A DNA stretch of 64,000 nucleotides from Piedraia hortae CBS 480.64 (Eukaryota). Both the position numbers and the translations under genes were made by a program. A model generated the notes under the pieces. The model worked only from the letters and a program-made list of their open reading frames with translations. It ran no database searches and was not told where the DNA came from. The stretch lies in assembly GCA_010093745.1 (NCBI GenBank), contig MU005958.1, positions 372,001 to 436,000 of the forward strand. Direction: 5' to 3'. Shown one piece after another: positions 48,744 to 61,167 of the stretch. Position 1 is the stretch's first letter; every line of letters starts with the position of its first letter.

Positions 48744-50650
48744 TATGGGGTTGTGGAGCCGCTCTATACTCGGCGGGCGAGGTACCCGTGATTGAGGTAA
48801 TCACTTTAATTCGGAACCACAGCTGCACATTGTTATATGTGCCTGGTGGCCGATCCATTTCAGAAAACACGACCTCAGAGCCTGATTATTCTTATAGTAG
48901 AAAGCCATTTGGGCTTGTGTGCAATTCCAAGTCGGAGGTTTGCACACATGGGAGAATAGGAAAAGAATCGACGGAGCAACTCAACAGCTTTAAGAAGGGA
49001 AAACACCAAGCAGGCCGACTTGCCTTTATACCTGCCATTCTGCCCCTCTTTGACAAACGCACATACTGTGCTTTTTCATCCGGTGCTCCTTCCGCGAGTG
49101 AAAACTAAGTGGTGGGTGCATCTAGCTGTGGCGTTTGGACGGATAACAACATGAGCACTACAAATAACGTTTCTATCGTTTGCTGTACCATCGAGAGCTG
49201 CTGGAGCCTGTGTCGTGGGCATTGGATTTGGAACTGCAGTGCATTGCTAATCAAGCCATCTGGTTTCAAGCCCGGAAATGATTCCCACCTTTGTTAATGC
49301 ACGACCATCTCTTCCTTATCAGTTCATCAGAGCGCTGCAGCTTCTCTATCTTCCCAGTCCGTTGAACGTGCGGGGCTGGTATGTACTACATCATATTTCG
49401 TTTTGTCTGCAGGTGATCTGCAACAAGTTTGCCGCCGGCGTTAATCATCTGCAACATACAACTTCTGGGTTCTTGTGCAGGGTATCTAGACGCTGGCAGG
49501 CAGGCAAAACTGTACATTACCTGAAAAGTACAACTGATATTTCATGGAAGCGGGATACTCGCAATCTCAGTAGAACGAGCTGCACCCTAACTGCTACAGA
49601 TGTGTCTAGTCAAATTGGCATGAAGCCATTATACCAGAACCAAGAGCCACCTCAATTATCAAAAAATCAAGAAGGGAATGTTCGTGCGTACATGCATGAA
49701 CAGGCCCCTGCATGCTCAAATCCTGCAACCTGCACCCTGCAAATGTACGAGTGGGGTTCTTGCCCTGCATGGGCTTTTGACTCTACATTAGGGAGAGAAA
49801 GTCTACCGCTCCTCTTCTTTTCCCTCCCTTCCATTGGAGAGGGTAGCGAGAGGGGGCGAAAACACTGGTTGACCTGATTATTCACATGAACAGGTCGGCT
49901 TTGATATTAGCGTGTCATTTCGACCTCGCCACGCTGTCGACACTGGCAAATTCCCGCTTGCAAGAGCGGGGTTCACATTCGGTGTCAAATCGAGAATGAC
50001 TCGACAAACGGCTATACTTAGATCCCAAAGAGAAAATGACATTTAGCTAACTAGCCAACCGTTCGTGAATTTTGAGCTGACACATTACACATGCTTGTGC
50101 AACTAACCAGTCGCCTTGCTCGTGGTGGCAAAGGAGAGAAAAGAAAAACAATTCGGGGCGCAAGTCTGAATTACGACGTTCACGGAAGCAAGCTGTCCAA
50201 AAGACGGGAATTATTGGATGCAGCACGCAAGCATTTTTTTCCATCGCACAATGGTTATCAAACCAACCATGTTTCAGCACAAACGACTTACAACAGAGGC
50301 GGCCACGTCTCAAAGCAGAGGCTAGCACCAGCCATGTCTCAGCGATGGTTCCGCCAACATCCCCAAACGATTAAGCCAGGAGCTTGAAACCAAATCAATA
50401 CTATCTAGGATGTTCCATAAAACTTGCCAAAGAGCGTGTATACACAACTTCCAACCATTACTGTATCAAAGAGTCATGGAGCTGAATTAGTCTATGCAGT
50501 GCAAGCTCAAACCTGGCTCCCAATCCATTATTTCACCACCGACAAACATGCAAACGCCCCGATGCACACCCTTCGAGTGACCAAAGTGACCAGTCGCGTA
50601 GCTCCTACAAACAATTTTCCAACTCATCCACACGCAGACCGTCCATCCTC

Positions 50651-51939
50651 TTACAAGAGACCAAAGACGGCGGCCAAGACACTCATGATACCCGCGCCAC
50701 TAGACACATAGACAGCGGTAGCACTGCTTGACTGGCTTTGTTGACTTCCGCTGTTGCCCGAGTTGGTACCGGGCGAAAGGGTACCAGTGCCGCCAGGACG
50801 CGAGCGGCCGCCCGAACATGTGTATGTTCCCTTGATGACATTGTTGGAGCCGGAAAGTGGCTTGAAGTGGTTGCAAGCATTAGTAATGTCCTTGGAAGAC
50901 TGCAAGTTAAAGGCGCCGCGTACGTCGCTGAGCTTGGGAAGGGCAACACTACCACCGTTAGCAAATCGCAGGTATTCAATAGGCTAAAACTCACTCAGTG
51001 AAATTTCCATAAAAGTCAACAGCACCACCAACAGACTGGAGCTGGGGAAAGCTGATCGCCTTAAGCGCGGTGTTGTTCTGAACGCCAAGACCACCGCCAA
51101 CTTTCTTCAACTGAGGGAAAGAAAGATTTTGCGCATTGGCGTTGCTGACAAATGACAGTGAGCCGCCGACGGTAGTAAGGTTGGGCGCAGCGACGCTATC
51201 AAAGAAGTTGGCGTAGAAGCCCATGGAGCCATTGATAGACGCCAAAGAGGGGGTGCTGACTGTCGAAACATTGCGCATCGTAATGTTGTATGCCCACATC
51301 ATGTTAGGGAAGATGGCACTGACATTACGGCCATTGGCTTCCAAGATTAGACGCTCCGTTACATTGCCCAACTGCATGTTGATCTCATCAAGGTAGTTGT
51401 TGTTCGCGATGATGATGGATGTGACAGTCTCGAGATTGATTCCGGCAAGCGTGTTCAGTTGCGTGTTCTGGATAGAGACCTGGTTGGCCTGTTGAACACC
51501 CGTGCTGAAAGAGAGACCTTGGAGGGCCGGAAGGGCGGTCCAATCAATCGTGTCGACCTTCGTAAGCTGAGGGAAGTTCAAATTTGCCAGCACAGTCAAG
51601 CCATTGAGAGAGAAAGTGTCTCCAATAGTCTGTAGGCTGTCTGCCGACAACGAAGTAAGCTGTGTGACATTGTTGGCGATAAGGCTGCCCGTGATGGCGC
51701 GCACACCGCTGATATCGATGCTATCTGTCGTGCCAGTGGCGATGGCGATGCTGCCGCTGAAAGTGGTGCACGAGGCGAGCTGAGAAGCGTCGCCGGCGTT
51801 TTGGATTGTGGCAGTTGCTGCGCTGCAGGGACCTGTTCATGTCAGACGCGCTGCATCAAACCCATGGATGCATAAACTCACCGGCCACTGCCTGGCTGAC
51901 GATGGCCAGAACCGGAAGAACTTGACGAATGAAGCCCAT
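50651..51939 (-). CDS. ECM33: GPI-anchored cell wall protein Ecm33
   Basis: Signal peptide, receptor-L-like repeats (LSFPQLKKVGGGL, LPKLSDVRGAFNLQS, IKGTYTC) and hydrophobic GPI tail. Introns 51833-51881 and 50949-50994. Confidence 0.93.
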
Positions 51940-53078
51940 TGTGATGTCCACAGAGGACTGCTGTAATTGCTGAAGCTGTCAGAGATTGTCGGTTGCCGTC
52001 CGACGTTGCCACGTACCAAAAAGACCTCTACGAGAACGAGCGGGAGAGGTTGCAAATGATTGCAGGAGAGCAGGAGAAGGGCAGCAGGGTTTTTGTGGAA
52101 TTAGAAGAAAAAGCGAGGGCGAGTGTTGTGTGGTGAGGAAGATTTTCAAGAGGATGAGAAGAAGAGAAAGGGGAGTTGGCGGCCCACGGGAGAAATGCAG
52201 CTTGGCCGCGCAATGCCCTGTGGCGCTAGTCCCTGTCGGGCAATTTGGCGCCGCTAGGGTTGCTCTCCTCGGCAACGGGTGGCAAACTCATCATCTGCCC
52301 CTTCATCAGTGAGATGAGCTTGACGGCAGCCACGGCCGGGAACCATGATTCGTTACTGGCCTACTCTCTCTTTGGGAACAAACGTTTCGCGGTAGATGCT
52401 ACTAACTCGCCGTTGTTCACTGCCATCTGGTACTACTAACAATCGGTGCCACCGCCACACCTCCCAACCAACATGTCCGAGAAAAGCCGCATCAGAGGCC
52501 CGTTCACCCACCAAATTCGGGACATGTCGCGCTTGACTATTGCTGCGGCGGTCCGTGTCAACCGATATGGGGAAGACTAGTCTTGATTGTCGCGAGAATT
52601 TCCTGGGAAAGCGTTGGAAAGCAATTGTTCTCGCTGTAGCTGCGATTCACATGGATACCTCTGCCTTACATTCCACCGTGCGCAGCCGACCACCCTCTCT
52701 ACGTTGAACAGCCAAGGATGGCCAATCGATTAGTCAGCGTGTGATTTTGGTTTAATTACGTTGCCCGAGCCCCCTGTATAGAGGCCGTCTCACGGGCCTT
52801 CCCGAGACACAGCCCTAACCGCACGATGCATAATGCCATTCCATCTGACTCGGTGACGGAGCAAAGAGGGGATGTCTGAGAACCAATGGCTGGTACGGAA
52901 CTGCTCTAGGTAAACTCCGAATAAACACGGACGCGCCAGTTGAAATAGGAGCGTTATCTTAGCGTCTGAGAAAAACTTCCAGAATCCCGATGCTCTGTTA
53001 CCCCCGGCTTTATGCCCCATCGAAACGCCATGCTAATATTCAACCGCATACAACTCGTCGCCCACCGCCTATCTGCGG

Positions 53079-54179
53079 CTATCGTCGTTGGCTGATTTCA
53101 CGTCCCTTTTCCTGCAGCTTCAGTATCGCCTTTTTGGCTGTCTCAAAGGACCACATGGTCATCATAGCGGCTGGCACCGCGCGCACCATATTGGTGCCCA
53201 TACCATGGTACAATGCACGCCATCCTTCTTCGCGCACAATGGTGCGGAACGTTCCTATTACTCCACGATAGTGCGGCCGGTGCGCAAGGCCGTCGCTGTT
53301 GCTCATCCGCAGTACACGTCTCCTTTGCGTTTGCAGTCGCGTACGCAGCACCTCATGCGGGTAGGTCGAGACCGTGGCACACACCTTGGACAGAAAGGTG
53401 GCCGCCAAAATGCCCATGCCGTTGTGTGTCTCGCTGTCTGGCTGCGCCATCTCGCCCATCTCTAGTCCCGTAAACCTTTTCTTAAAATACTCATACAGTG
53501 GAAATTGAATGGCCACATGGGTCAGGCCAAGTAAAGCCGGGCTCAAGCCCGAGTAAAAGGCTCTTGGGCCCTCGTTGGTATATATCTTACGGGCAGCATC
53601 CCAGGTGCTGGTGTAGTGCCAAGGGTTCCGTGTCGCATCCAAAGCCGAACCGGACTGTGACATCAACCTAGTTTTGATAACCCATATGGGGCTTGTTGCC
53701 AATGTACTGGAGCATCCAGCAGCCACAGAAGAGTAAACCTGAGCCAAAATTTTGCCATGACTTGTCTGATCATAGCTTCTGCGATACAATGAGCTTTTGA
53801 CACTCTCGTAGACGGTCATGTAAACGGCCCAAGTGGGAAGGTAGCCCAGAAGCATGGGGCCCAGTCCGCGATACATGCCTTTGAGACCATCATGATGAAT
53901 GATAGTCTTGGCCGTACCTACAAGTCCGCGGTATACTACAGCAGTGGGCCCTTGGGGGGATTGTGGGTGCGAATGATTGAACGAGTTTTGTGCTTGGAGC
54001 TTGGTCTTGATGACGTCGAGCGGGCAAGTCGCAATTCCGCTGGCTAAGCCGGCTGTTGCGCCGGCAATAGTATTAACGCTGGGATCTGGCAGGGTGCTCG
54101 TCCACACGGCCAGCTTCATCGCCGGCGTTCTGAATACTGGGGGACCATGGTTATGCGTGTCGCCCTCCGCCTCGGACAT
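53079..54179 (-). CDS. NDT1: Mitochondrial carrier, NAD+ transporter-like (Ndt1/Yia6)
   Basis: Three carrier signatures CPLDVIKTKLQ, PIWVIKTRLM and YPHEVLRTRLQ; GYLPTWAVY and HVAIQFPLYE are typical of Ndt1/2. Confidence 0.85.
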   Translation of the reverse strand: MSEAEGDTHNHGPPVFRTPAMKLAVWTSTLPDPSVNTIAGATAGLASGIATCPLDVIKTKLQAQNSFNHSHPQSPQGPTAVVYRGLVGTAKTIIHHDGLKGMYRGLGPMLLGYLPTWAVYMTVYESVKSSLYRRSYDQTSHGKILAQVYSSVAAGCSSTLATSPIWVIKTRLMSQSGSALDATRNPWHYTSTWDAARKIYTNEGPRAFYSGLSPALLGLTHVAIQFPLYEYFKKRFTGLEMGEMAQPDSETHNGMGILAATFLSKVCATVSTYPHEVLRTRLQTQRRRVLRMSNSDGLAHRPHYRGVIGTFRTIVREEGWRALYHGMGTNMVRAVPAAMMTMWSFETAKKAILKLQEKGREISQRR

Positions 54180-54416
54180 TGTTCTGCGCCCTCACTGGGC
54201 TACGAATGAGAGTAGGATAGAGCGACGTTCATGCTAGAAGGTCTGACATGCACGACGGCGGGAAGTTGATCCACACGTTGGCATTCATGTCGTCGTCCGT
54301 CGTCGCTGACGGACGCGGGGTGACGCCCGACCAAGAATTCCCACGACTTTTGCCCACTAGTCTCTCCGGTACCGCTCACTCTCCTGCACGCGGCGCACCA
54401 GCACAACACTCGCAAG

Positions 54417-54907
54417 ATGTCTTATCCCTCACTGGCGCCCTTTGTCCTGAAGAGGCCGTGGCTCATGCGCTGGATGAAGCCCATGGCCAGCTGGTACAAT
54501 GATCTTGCTGGCTACCGGAAGCTGGGTCTCAAGGCCGACGACTTGATCATCGAGGAGAATGAGACCGTTCAGCTGGCCCTTAAACGCCTTTCTCCGCAAG
54601 AAGCCTACGATCGCGTTTATCGCATGAGAAGAGCCGTGCAGGTAGGGCCCAATCGTAGAATGACTGATCCAGCCAGCGCTAAGTAGACATATAGTGCTCT
54701 CTCGCGCAGCAAGTTCTCCCGCGAAACGAGTGGACGAAGGACGAGGATGTAAGGATGCACTGCTTCTTTGTGAGAGCAACATGCTGACCGCCCTAGGACA
54801 AGCCATATTTGGAGCCTCTTATCCACGAAATTGAAGCAGAGAACGCTGAACGCGACGCTCTGGATGCACTGGTTGTTGAGAAGCCCAAGGCAAGCGCCAG
54901 CCACTAG
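54417..54907 (+). CDS. QCR7: Cytochrome bc1 complex subunit 7
   Basis: AGYRKLGLKADDLIIEE...AYDRVYRMRRAVQ. Introns 54642-54694 and 54749-54796 complete the frame to TAG at 54907. Confidence 0.95.
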
Positions 54908-55213
54908 AAGAGCTACAACCTCATGTACGTTTCACTGTAGAAGGAATTCTAGTACAGAAATGCAATCATAACCACAGATTGCCATATGGTTCTCAATACA
55001 GGCTCCTTGATGGGATTCAGCAATGTGGGCAATTATATGCATTCAGTGTTAGGTCCGGGAGGTGCGGATTTAACTTGTAGATGGCTTCGAACATGGGATC
55101 TTCAACCTTTTTTGCAGGATGCTCAAGTCACGAATGGGAAAGGAAAGCCATGGCAGAGGCTACTAGTCGTCTACAGACACCTGTTTGCTACATCAAGCCA
55201 ATTGGCCCTCATT

Positions 55214-57209
55214 TTAGCGCAGAGACCTCCGAACTGAGGGCGGTGGTTTGGCAGGCAATGATGGCGGTGCCTCGTACTTCGTAATGGATCCCGTCTGTGA
55301 AGCAGTCGAGGTGACACTGTTACTACTGTGTTGCGGAGTCAATGATGAGCCTGGCTTGGGAGGTAGAGTCACGTTTGGAGTCGGTTGTTGTGCAAAGACG
55401 GGCTGGGGAAGCGGGTGCGTCATCTGCTGCTGCCGTGTTTGCGTCATATTGCCCTTATAAGAGGTGTCATACAGCGAAGCATGAGACTGGTTGGAGCCCT
55501 GGCGTGACAAGGAGCTCGTCGTCGAGTAGCCTTTTTGGTTGCTCGGAACAAATGCTTGACTCTGCGGGTTAAACAGCCTGCCCTTGTAGCTTCCGGGAAT
55601 TGGATGCTCATGTTTGCTGGATGAACGACCCGGAAACGTCTGATTTGGAAGCTGGCCGTACGCGTACGGCTGCGGCTCCTGACTCACTGGACCATTTAAC
55701 ATCATTTGTCCATTGAAGCCTGAGCCCTGTCCGCAGAAACCTGGAAGTAGCGGGTGTATTGGCAAGCGTTGTGACTGCCACCCATGGGGCGAAGTAGAAT
55801 ACGTGGACTGGTTTCCGTCATAGCTAGGGATTGACATTTGCGGCGTGTTTTGTACCGACAGGCGCTGGAAATCTTTGGCCAAGTCCATTCCTGGCTGATT
55901 CTGCTGCCCCGGCTGGTATGCCTGACAAGCCCAAGCCACGTTAGGTGCCTGCACAAACTGAGTCCCGCTAAAACCAGTATTGGGCTCCACTGGAAAGTAC
56001 GAGGGCGGGAACGAATATGCAGTGTACGGTGTAGTGTAGCGCGCCTCAAAGTTGGAGCGAGGCTGGAAATCATCGTCGTCGTCGACGTGCAATTTACGTT
56101 TCGATCTCCTTTGACTGGAAGAGCTCGACTGCGATTCCTGCTTGTCCTTGACCTCATGTTGAGAGTCCTCGGTACCCATGATGCGGTCTCTAGCTGCCTG
56201 GTATTTGGCTTTGCGCTGCTCAAAGGTTTCTGTCTTGGGCCTGTCGCCAGCAGTATCGCCTGCTTCGGACCCATCTGCCGATCGTACACCAGACCCATTG
56301 GTGGTGACTGGATAGCGTCGCAAAATGGTCTTTTGGGGAACAACCGGGGGCGATGTGGTTGTTGTCATTTGAGGCAGCAAAATACTGGTCAGAGGGGGTG
56401 GGTAATTGCGAACGCCTTTCTTGACCAGACGAACAGATGATGTGGACTGTGCTACGCCGTGGCCGAGCAGGTAGTAGTCCGCCATCTTGTAAGCCAGCAG
56501 TCGATGGTACGAGTTACACTGAGGTAAGTCGAGGAACATGTCCGTTTCATTCTTGAGGAAGTCTGAGATATCTTGTTCCAACTTGAGCACCCAAACACGG
56601 TCATGGGCATGAGCCAAAGCCTCGAGAAGCCTAGGATCGGGGCTCACGCTGCTTGGCACCCTCATGGAAGCCACATCCGATGTCGTTAGCGCGGCGTTGG
56701 GGGTCGATGCAAAAGCGCTTTGCCCGGCGACCGGCTCCAAGGATGAAATTTCGCGCAGCTGATCCTCAAAAGCGCGTGATTCTTCTGTACCTGCGGTGGG
56801 CCAGTATCGCTCAACACCGACACCCTGGAAAGCAGAGCTGTCCAAGTTGCCCGTAGTGCTCTTGATATTTTCTGTCTGGTAAGACAAGGTGTCCTTGATA
56901 TGTGACTTGAACACTGAGGAGTTGGTATCTTTCTCCAGGCTCTGGGACACTGCAGTCGCTGCTTCTGTTCCTGGAGAACACGAAGTGGCTTTCTCATGTT
57001 TAGAAAAAGCGACTGGCTCCGATGATTCGGCAGCCACATCAGTCAGCTTCGACCCGACGACGACATTTGCATTAGGTTTCCCTTTGGGGGGCTTCATTAT
57101 AGCAATCTATGGCAGTTGATTTAACGCATTCTTCGAACCCCACTAGACGTACCTTGGCAAGTGGCTGTGGCTGCTTCTGTGCCTTTGCACGAGCTGGCGA
57201 CGAGGCCAT
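55214..57209 (-). CDS. R3H-SUZ domain RNA-binding protein (Rbs1/R3HDM-like)
   Basis: DPRLLEAL...DRVWVLKLEQD...CNSYHRLLAYKMADYYLLGH (R3H), EQRKAKYQAARDRI (SUZ) and FNPQSQAFVP (PAM2-like). Intron 57107-57152. Confidence 0.85.
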
Positions 57210-57599
57210 GGTCTTCGACTCACTGCAGAGATAAGACTCCAGAGATGATCTGCGCCAAGGGCTGCTGTTTCTGCGCCGGACGTAGCTTAGGGGGCGGTGG
57301 AAAGTGTGCGTAGGGTGTTTAGGGAACGGGCGGCTCAAGGAAGACGAAGGACGCCGGATTCACGGATATGGTCATTGTGCATATTGCACGGCTAAATTTC
57401 TCGACGGTTTCGTGAACCACCTGTCGCCTTTATCGCGGGGTAAGGTTGTATCTCCCAGGATTGCGCTGCAATTGCGTGTGAGTGGTGTTCGCGGGATCGT
57501 CCCGCGCGGCCCGGTCCCCGACCCATTACGAAACTATGAGGATGACGCACGTGTGCCTGTCACAGCACGAGCAACAACTTGCATTGCACTTTAGAAGCA

Positions 57600-58589
57600 A
57601 TGTACAATTATCGCAGGCCTGCGGTTTCCAAAGCAGCTCCATCCACCATATGCCAAAAATGCTTGAAAAAGGGTAATTCGACGAAAAAGTCAGCCAGGTC
57701 CATGTATGACTAACTGTTGACAGGGCACTTTTCATACGAGTGCACGGTCGCTGTACAGGACAGGCCATATGTGTCAAGACCGTCCCGGACGCAGCAGCTA
57801 CGAAATCCCCAATTGGCGCCACAGCCCAAAAGCCATGCCATGCCAGCAGCGGATAAAGATGGGCTAGACAGCACAACTGATGACCGTAGATTGCATTCGA
57901 GGCGTCTCCCGTCGCCCGAATCTGAGTCTGATTCAGTTTCGACCATTTCTACTCAATCCCCATCATCTGAGCCACGGCGCAGGGAGCATCGGCCAAGAAT
58001 AAACAGCCCATCTAGGCAATCCAAACGGCTGTCGGACCAAGAAGAGCGTGGACGATCCTCGTGCCGAAGGCAGACATCGCATAGTCCGAATCACTCGCGT
58101 CGTTCCTCTTTGTCCTTGGCCGGCCATAGCAGCTGCGTATCGAGAGAACGAGATGCTGGGAGACTTGGGCGGTCTATGAGGTCCCGGTCAGGTAGGCGTT
58201 TTCGCAGCAGAGAGAAAAATAGACGTCGGGATCAACGGCACGAATCAGGCGAACGAGACATTGGCAAGCACAGTCGCTCGTCCTACAGCCGATCCCGTAG
58301 CCCGTACCGTGTGAGGAAACGAGAAAATGACTATAGACGTCGCCCTGGCAGCCCTTATGGGTACCGAGAGCGAAGGCATGTACGCTCTTTACCGAAACAA
58401 CGCTCTCGAAGCCCTCCTCCAAAGAGAGCTGAGGACGAGGGACAGGCGGGCATCACTCGCTGTCAGGGACGTAGTTCGCGCAGCCCTCGGCAGGGCCGTC
58501 GGCGGTCCCCTGAGACAAAAGAGCGCAGTCTGAGCCCTTACAGTAAACGGGTGGCTTTGACAAATGCATGGAGGACGGGTAATAGATAG
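57600..58589 (+). CDS. Zinc-knuckle RS-rich protein (ZCCHC10-like)
   Basis: Spliced CQKCLKK/GHFSYEC (intron 57673-57723), RPYVSRPSRTQQL, RS-rich tail ending RSLSPYSKRVALT. Confidence 0.88.
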
Positions 58590-58838
58590 ACAGGACCACG
58601 TGGCGTCGGGTAAGAAACCGGTTTCGGTCAGATCAAATGTTGCTTCTAGTCGCCGCGCTCCTGCTGGTTCTGCTGTTCCCCGCTGTCAACCGTTGTCACT
58701 TGGTAAGAACAAGCCCCGCACTGACGCACTAGACCGTATTTGTCTGCGCCATTCAATCTCCCAGCCAATGACCGTGGAGAACTACGTCTTGCTCCGCCGC
58801 AGACGTCTACCTACTGTAGACGCCTGTATTCCTCGGCA

Positions 58839-61056
58839 ATGAAGTACGGGGATACGCTGCGACAGAGGTCAATCCCGGCCTGGAGCCATCGTAAGTTCAG
58901 CGGCGATAGCCAGGGGATGAAGCGCTGACAAAGCAGACAATATTGACTATGACGATATCAAACACATGATAAAACAGCAGACGGCCGATAACAGGAGCAG
59001 AGTAATACCTGGCTGCACCGACGTCGCCGGAGCCGAGTTTGAGGAACAGCTATTTGATGTTTTGGTCGCACAACACGAGCGCATATACCTCTTTGTGAAG
59101 AGTAAGGCCGGTGAGATCCGCCGACGCCATGATCATGCGCAGCAGCAGTTCCAGCAGCTTGTGCAACGGTCGGCGGCGGTGGCAGATGTTTCAGTCCGCT
59201 TCCTGGAGCGCTATGGCAGGTTGGAGAGTGAGGTGATGAAGGTGGGTGATGATATCAGAGCCCTCGCCCGTTTTGCCAGCACCCAACGTACTGCATTTCG
59301 CAAGTTGTTGAAGAAGTACGGGAAATGGTCGGGATCTCGTGGAGTCGAAGACCGTTTCCGAGACGAAGTGATGTGGGACCCAAAAGGGCTTTTTAAAATC
59401 AATCTTCAGCCGCTCTTTGATGACTACTCCAGGCTGTTGGAGCAAATTCGCTCTCGGTATGAGAAAATGCTCCAGCCCTCGGCCGAGACTAGGCTCCACA
59501 CCTCCAAATACAACCCGGCTATAACTCAGTTACAGGCAGCCATGCAGAGTGGCAGCAAGGTGGACTTTGACACAGCCCTAGCCACTGTGCCGCTTGGTCC
59601 CGACGGAACCTGCGCGACCTATTTTGTGCATCCAGAAGCTCTTATCGAGCTGCAAGTCTTGCTACTACAGTATTGTCGCTATCTCACTGCACAGACAGGC
59701 TATCACGTCCTCGAGGCAGGCCATGCTGAAACTTTTGCTCGTGAACAGGCCGCTCTCACAGTCGACGAGCGTGAGCATTGCCCTGGTCTTTGTCCACAAA
59801 AAGCACAACTTAGCGTACGCTGGGCTGGCGACGAAGATGCCAAGATCTCTTTTCGCACTGATTCTGGCTTTCAATATGAGCGCTCAAAACAGAAACACGT
59901 TGGCGCTCTTTTCTCGTCAACATGCAGCAAATTACCACAGTCCGAATGCATCCAAGGCATACAACACGAGGCTAAATCTGGGACATTGAAGCCGATGCAC
60001 ACAATCTCCAGCTTACGCGCCCGCTTGATTGGAATGGACAGTACCAACAACGCAGTCAGTCTTGTGGCAGCCACGATTGACACAAAAATCTCCATCAAAA
60101 GCGATGGTCAAGAAATCACAAAATTCCCTTACGCAATTCTTTGGGTTCGACAAGAAGGAGTACCCCTCAACGATCTCGTCACGATTCTCAATCACACTCA
60201 TCTCACCGAGCGCATCAGGGGGTTCTCCTTGGGCTACTACGCCATGTGGATGAAGGAACAAACCACAGGCCGTTCTTCCGACCTTCCTGCGCCATTCTGG
60301 TTACCATTGTTGCATCAGGATATTCGAAAGCCCCCCAAGGAAGACCAAGGACTCTCTCCTTCTGCATCCCTGTCGCAAACGGGTGCAGACACGGGAACAT
60401 CAGCATCGACGACCATCAAAGGAAGCGACACCTTCTCATCCACCACTGATGCCGCTATTGCCCCGGGCAACATCAAGAAGCCCCAGAGGCAACGAAATCA
60501 CCAATACTGGTCTGAATACGACGACCAGGAGACCGCCCAAGAGCCGTATACGATACTCATCGACCCAGACTACAAATCCCCTTTTGAACGTTTCTTCACC
60601 TCCTTCACAGACCGATTCTTCAGCCCTCGCCATTCACGCAAACCTGGAAATAACGTCGACAGCGACGCTGCCGAACCGCTTTTGCGGTGTCGCAGCGAGT
60701 CATCTTCCCTTTACGGAAGCATCCAATCAGGTTACTCAAGCGAGGCTATCCTACCTTCTAGCCACCGTAACGGTGGCATAGTGGCCATATCTTTTACGGC
60801 CTCCATGGTCATCCTGGCTGTGGGATACATCCTAGCAGCTACCGGTCGCCATCGACTGGAATACGAGGTTGATTTTGGAATCATCGTGGCGGTCGCGAGC
60901 AGCTTGTTTTTTGCGATTCTTGGCTCCCTTGCCGCGTTCATGACGAGAAGGGGTAGGCACTTTTCGCGAACGACGTGGTTGGTGGTGGGAATGGCGCTTT
61001 GTATTGTAATATTGGGCTCGGCGGGTCTGGTGGCTTGGGTTTTGACTCGCACTTGA
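58839..61056 (+). CDS. SPX-domain membrane protein, Vtc5-like
   Basis: MKYG...W..HNIDYDDIK (intron 58891-58936) and TAFRKLLKKY SPX motifs; degenerate VTC-like core (KFPYAILWVR, ERIRGFSL, PFWLPLL); three C-terminal TM helices. Confidence 0.8.
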
Positions 61057-61167
61057 TGAAACTTGCCCGGTTGGGTGAGCCATATGTGAAGTATGTACAT
61101 GTATAGCAACGAAGGAATGTAATTCGGGTCAAATGTGGCAACTCGCATACAATTAGGGTACTTGAAA

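Noticed and set aside
49278..49877. 199-aa ORF in the gene-poor patch
   Set aside because: No domain features and a composition typical of random or decayed DNA.
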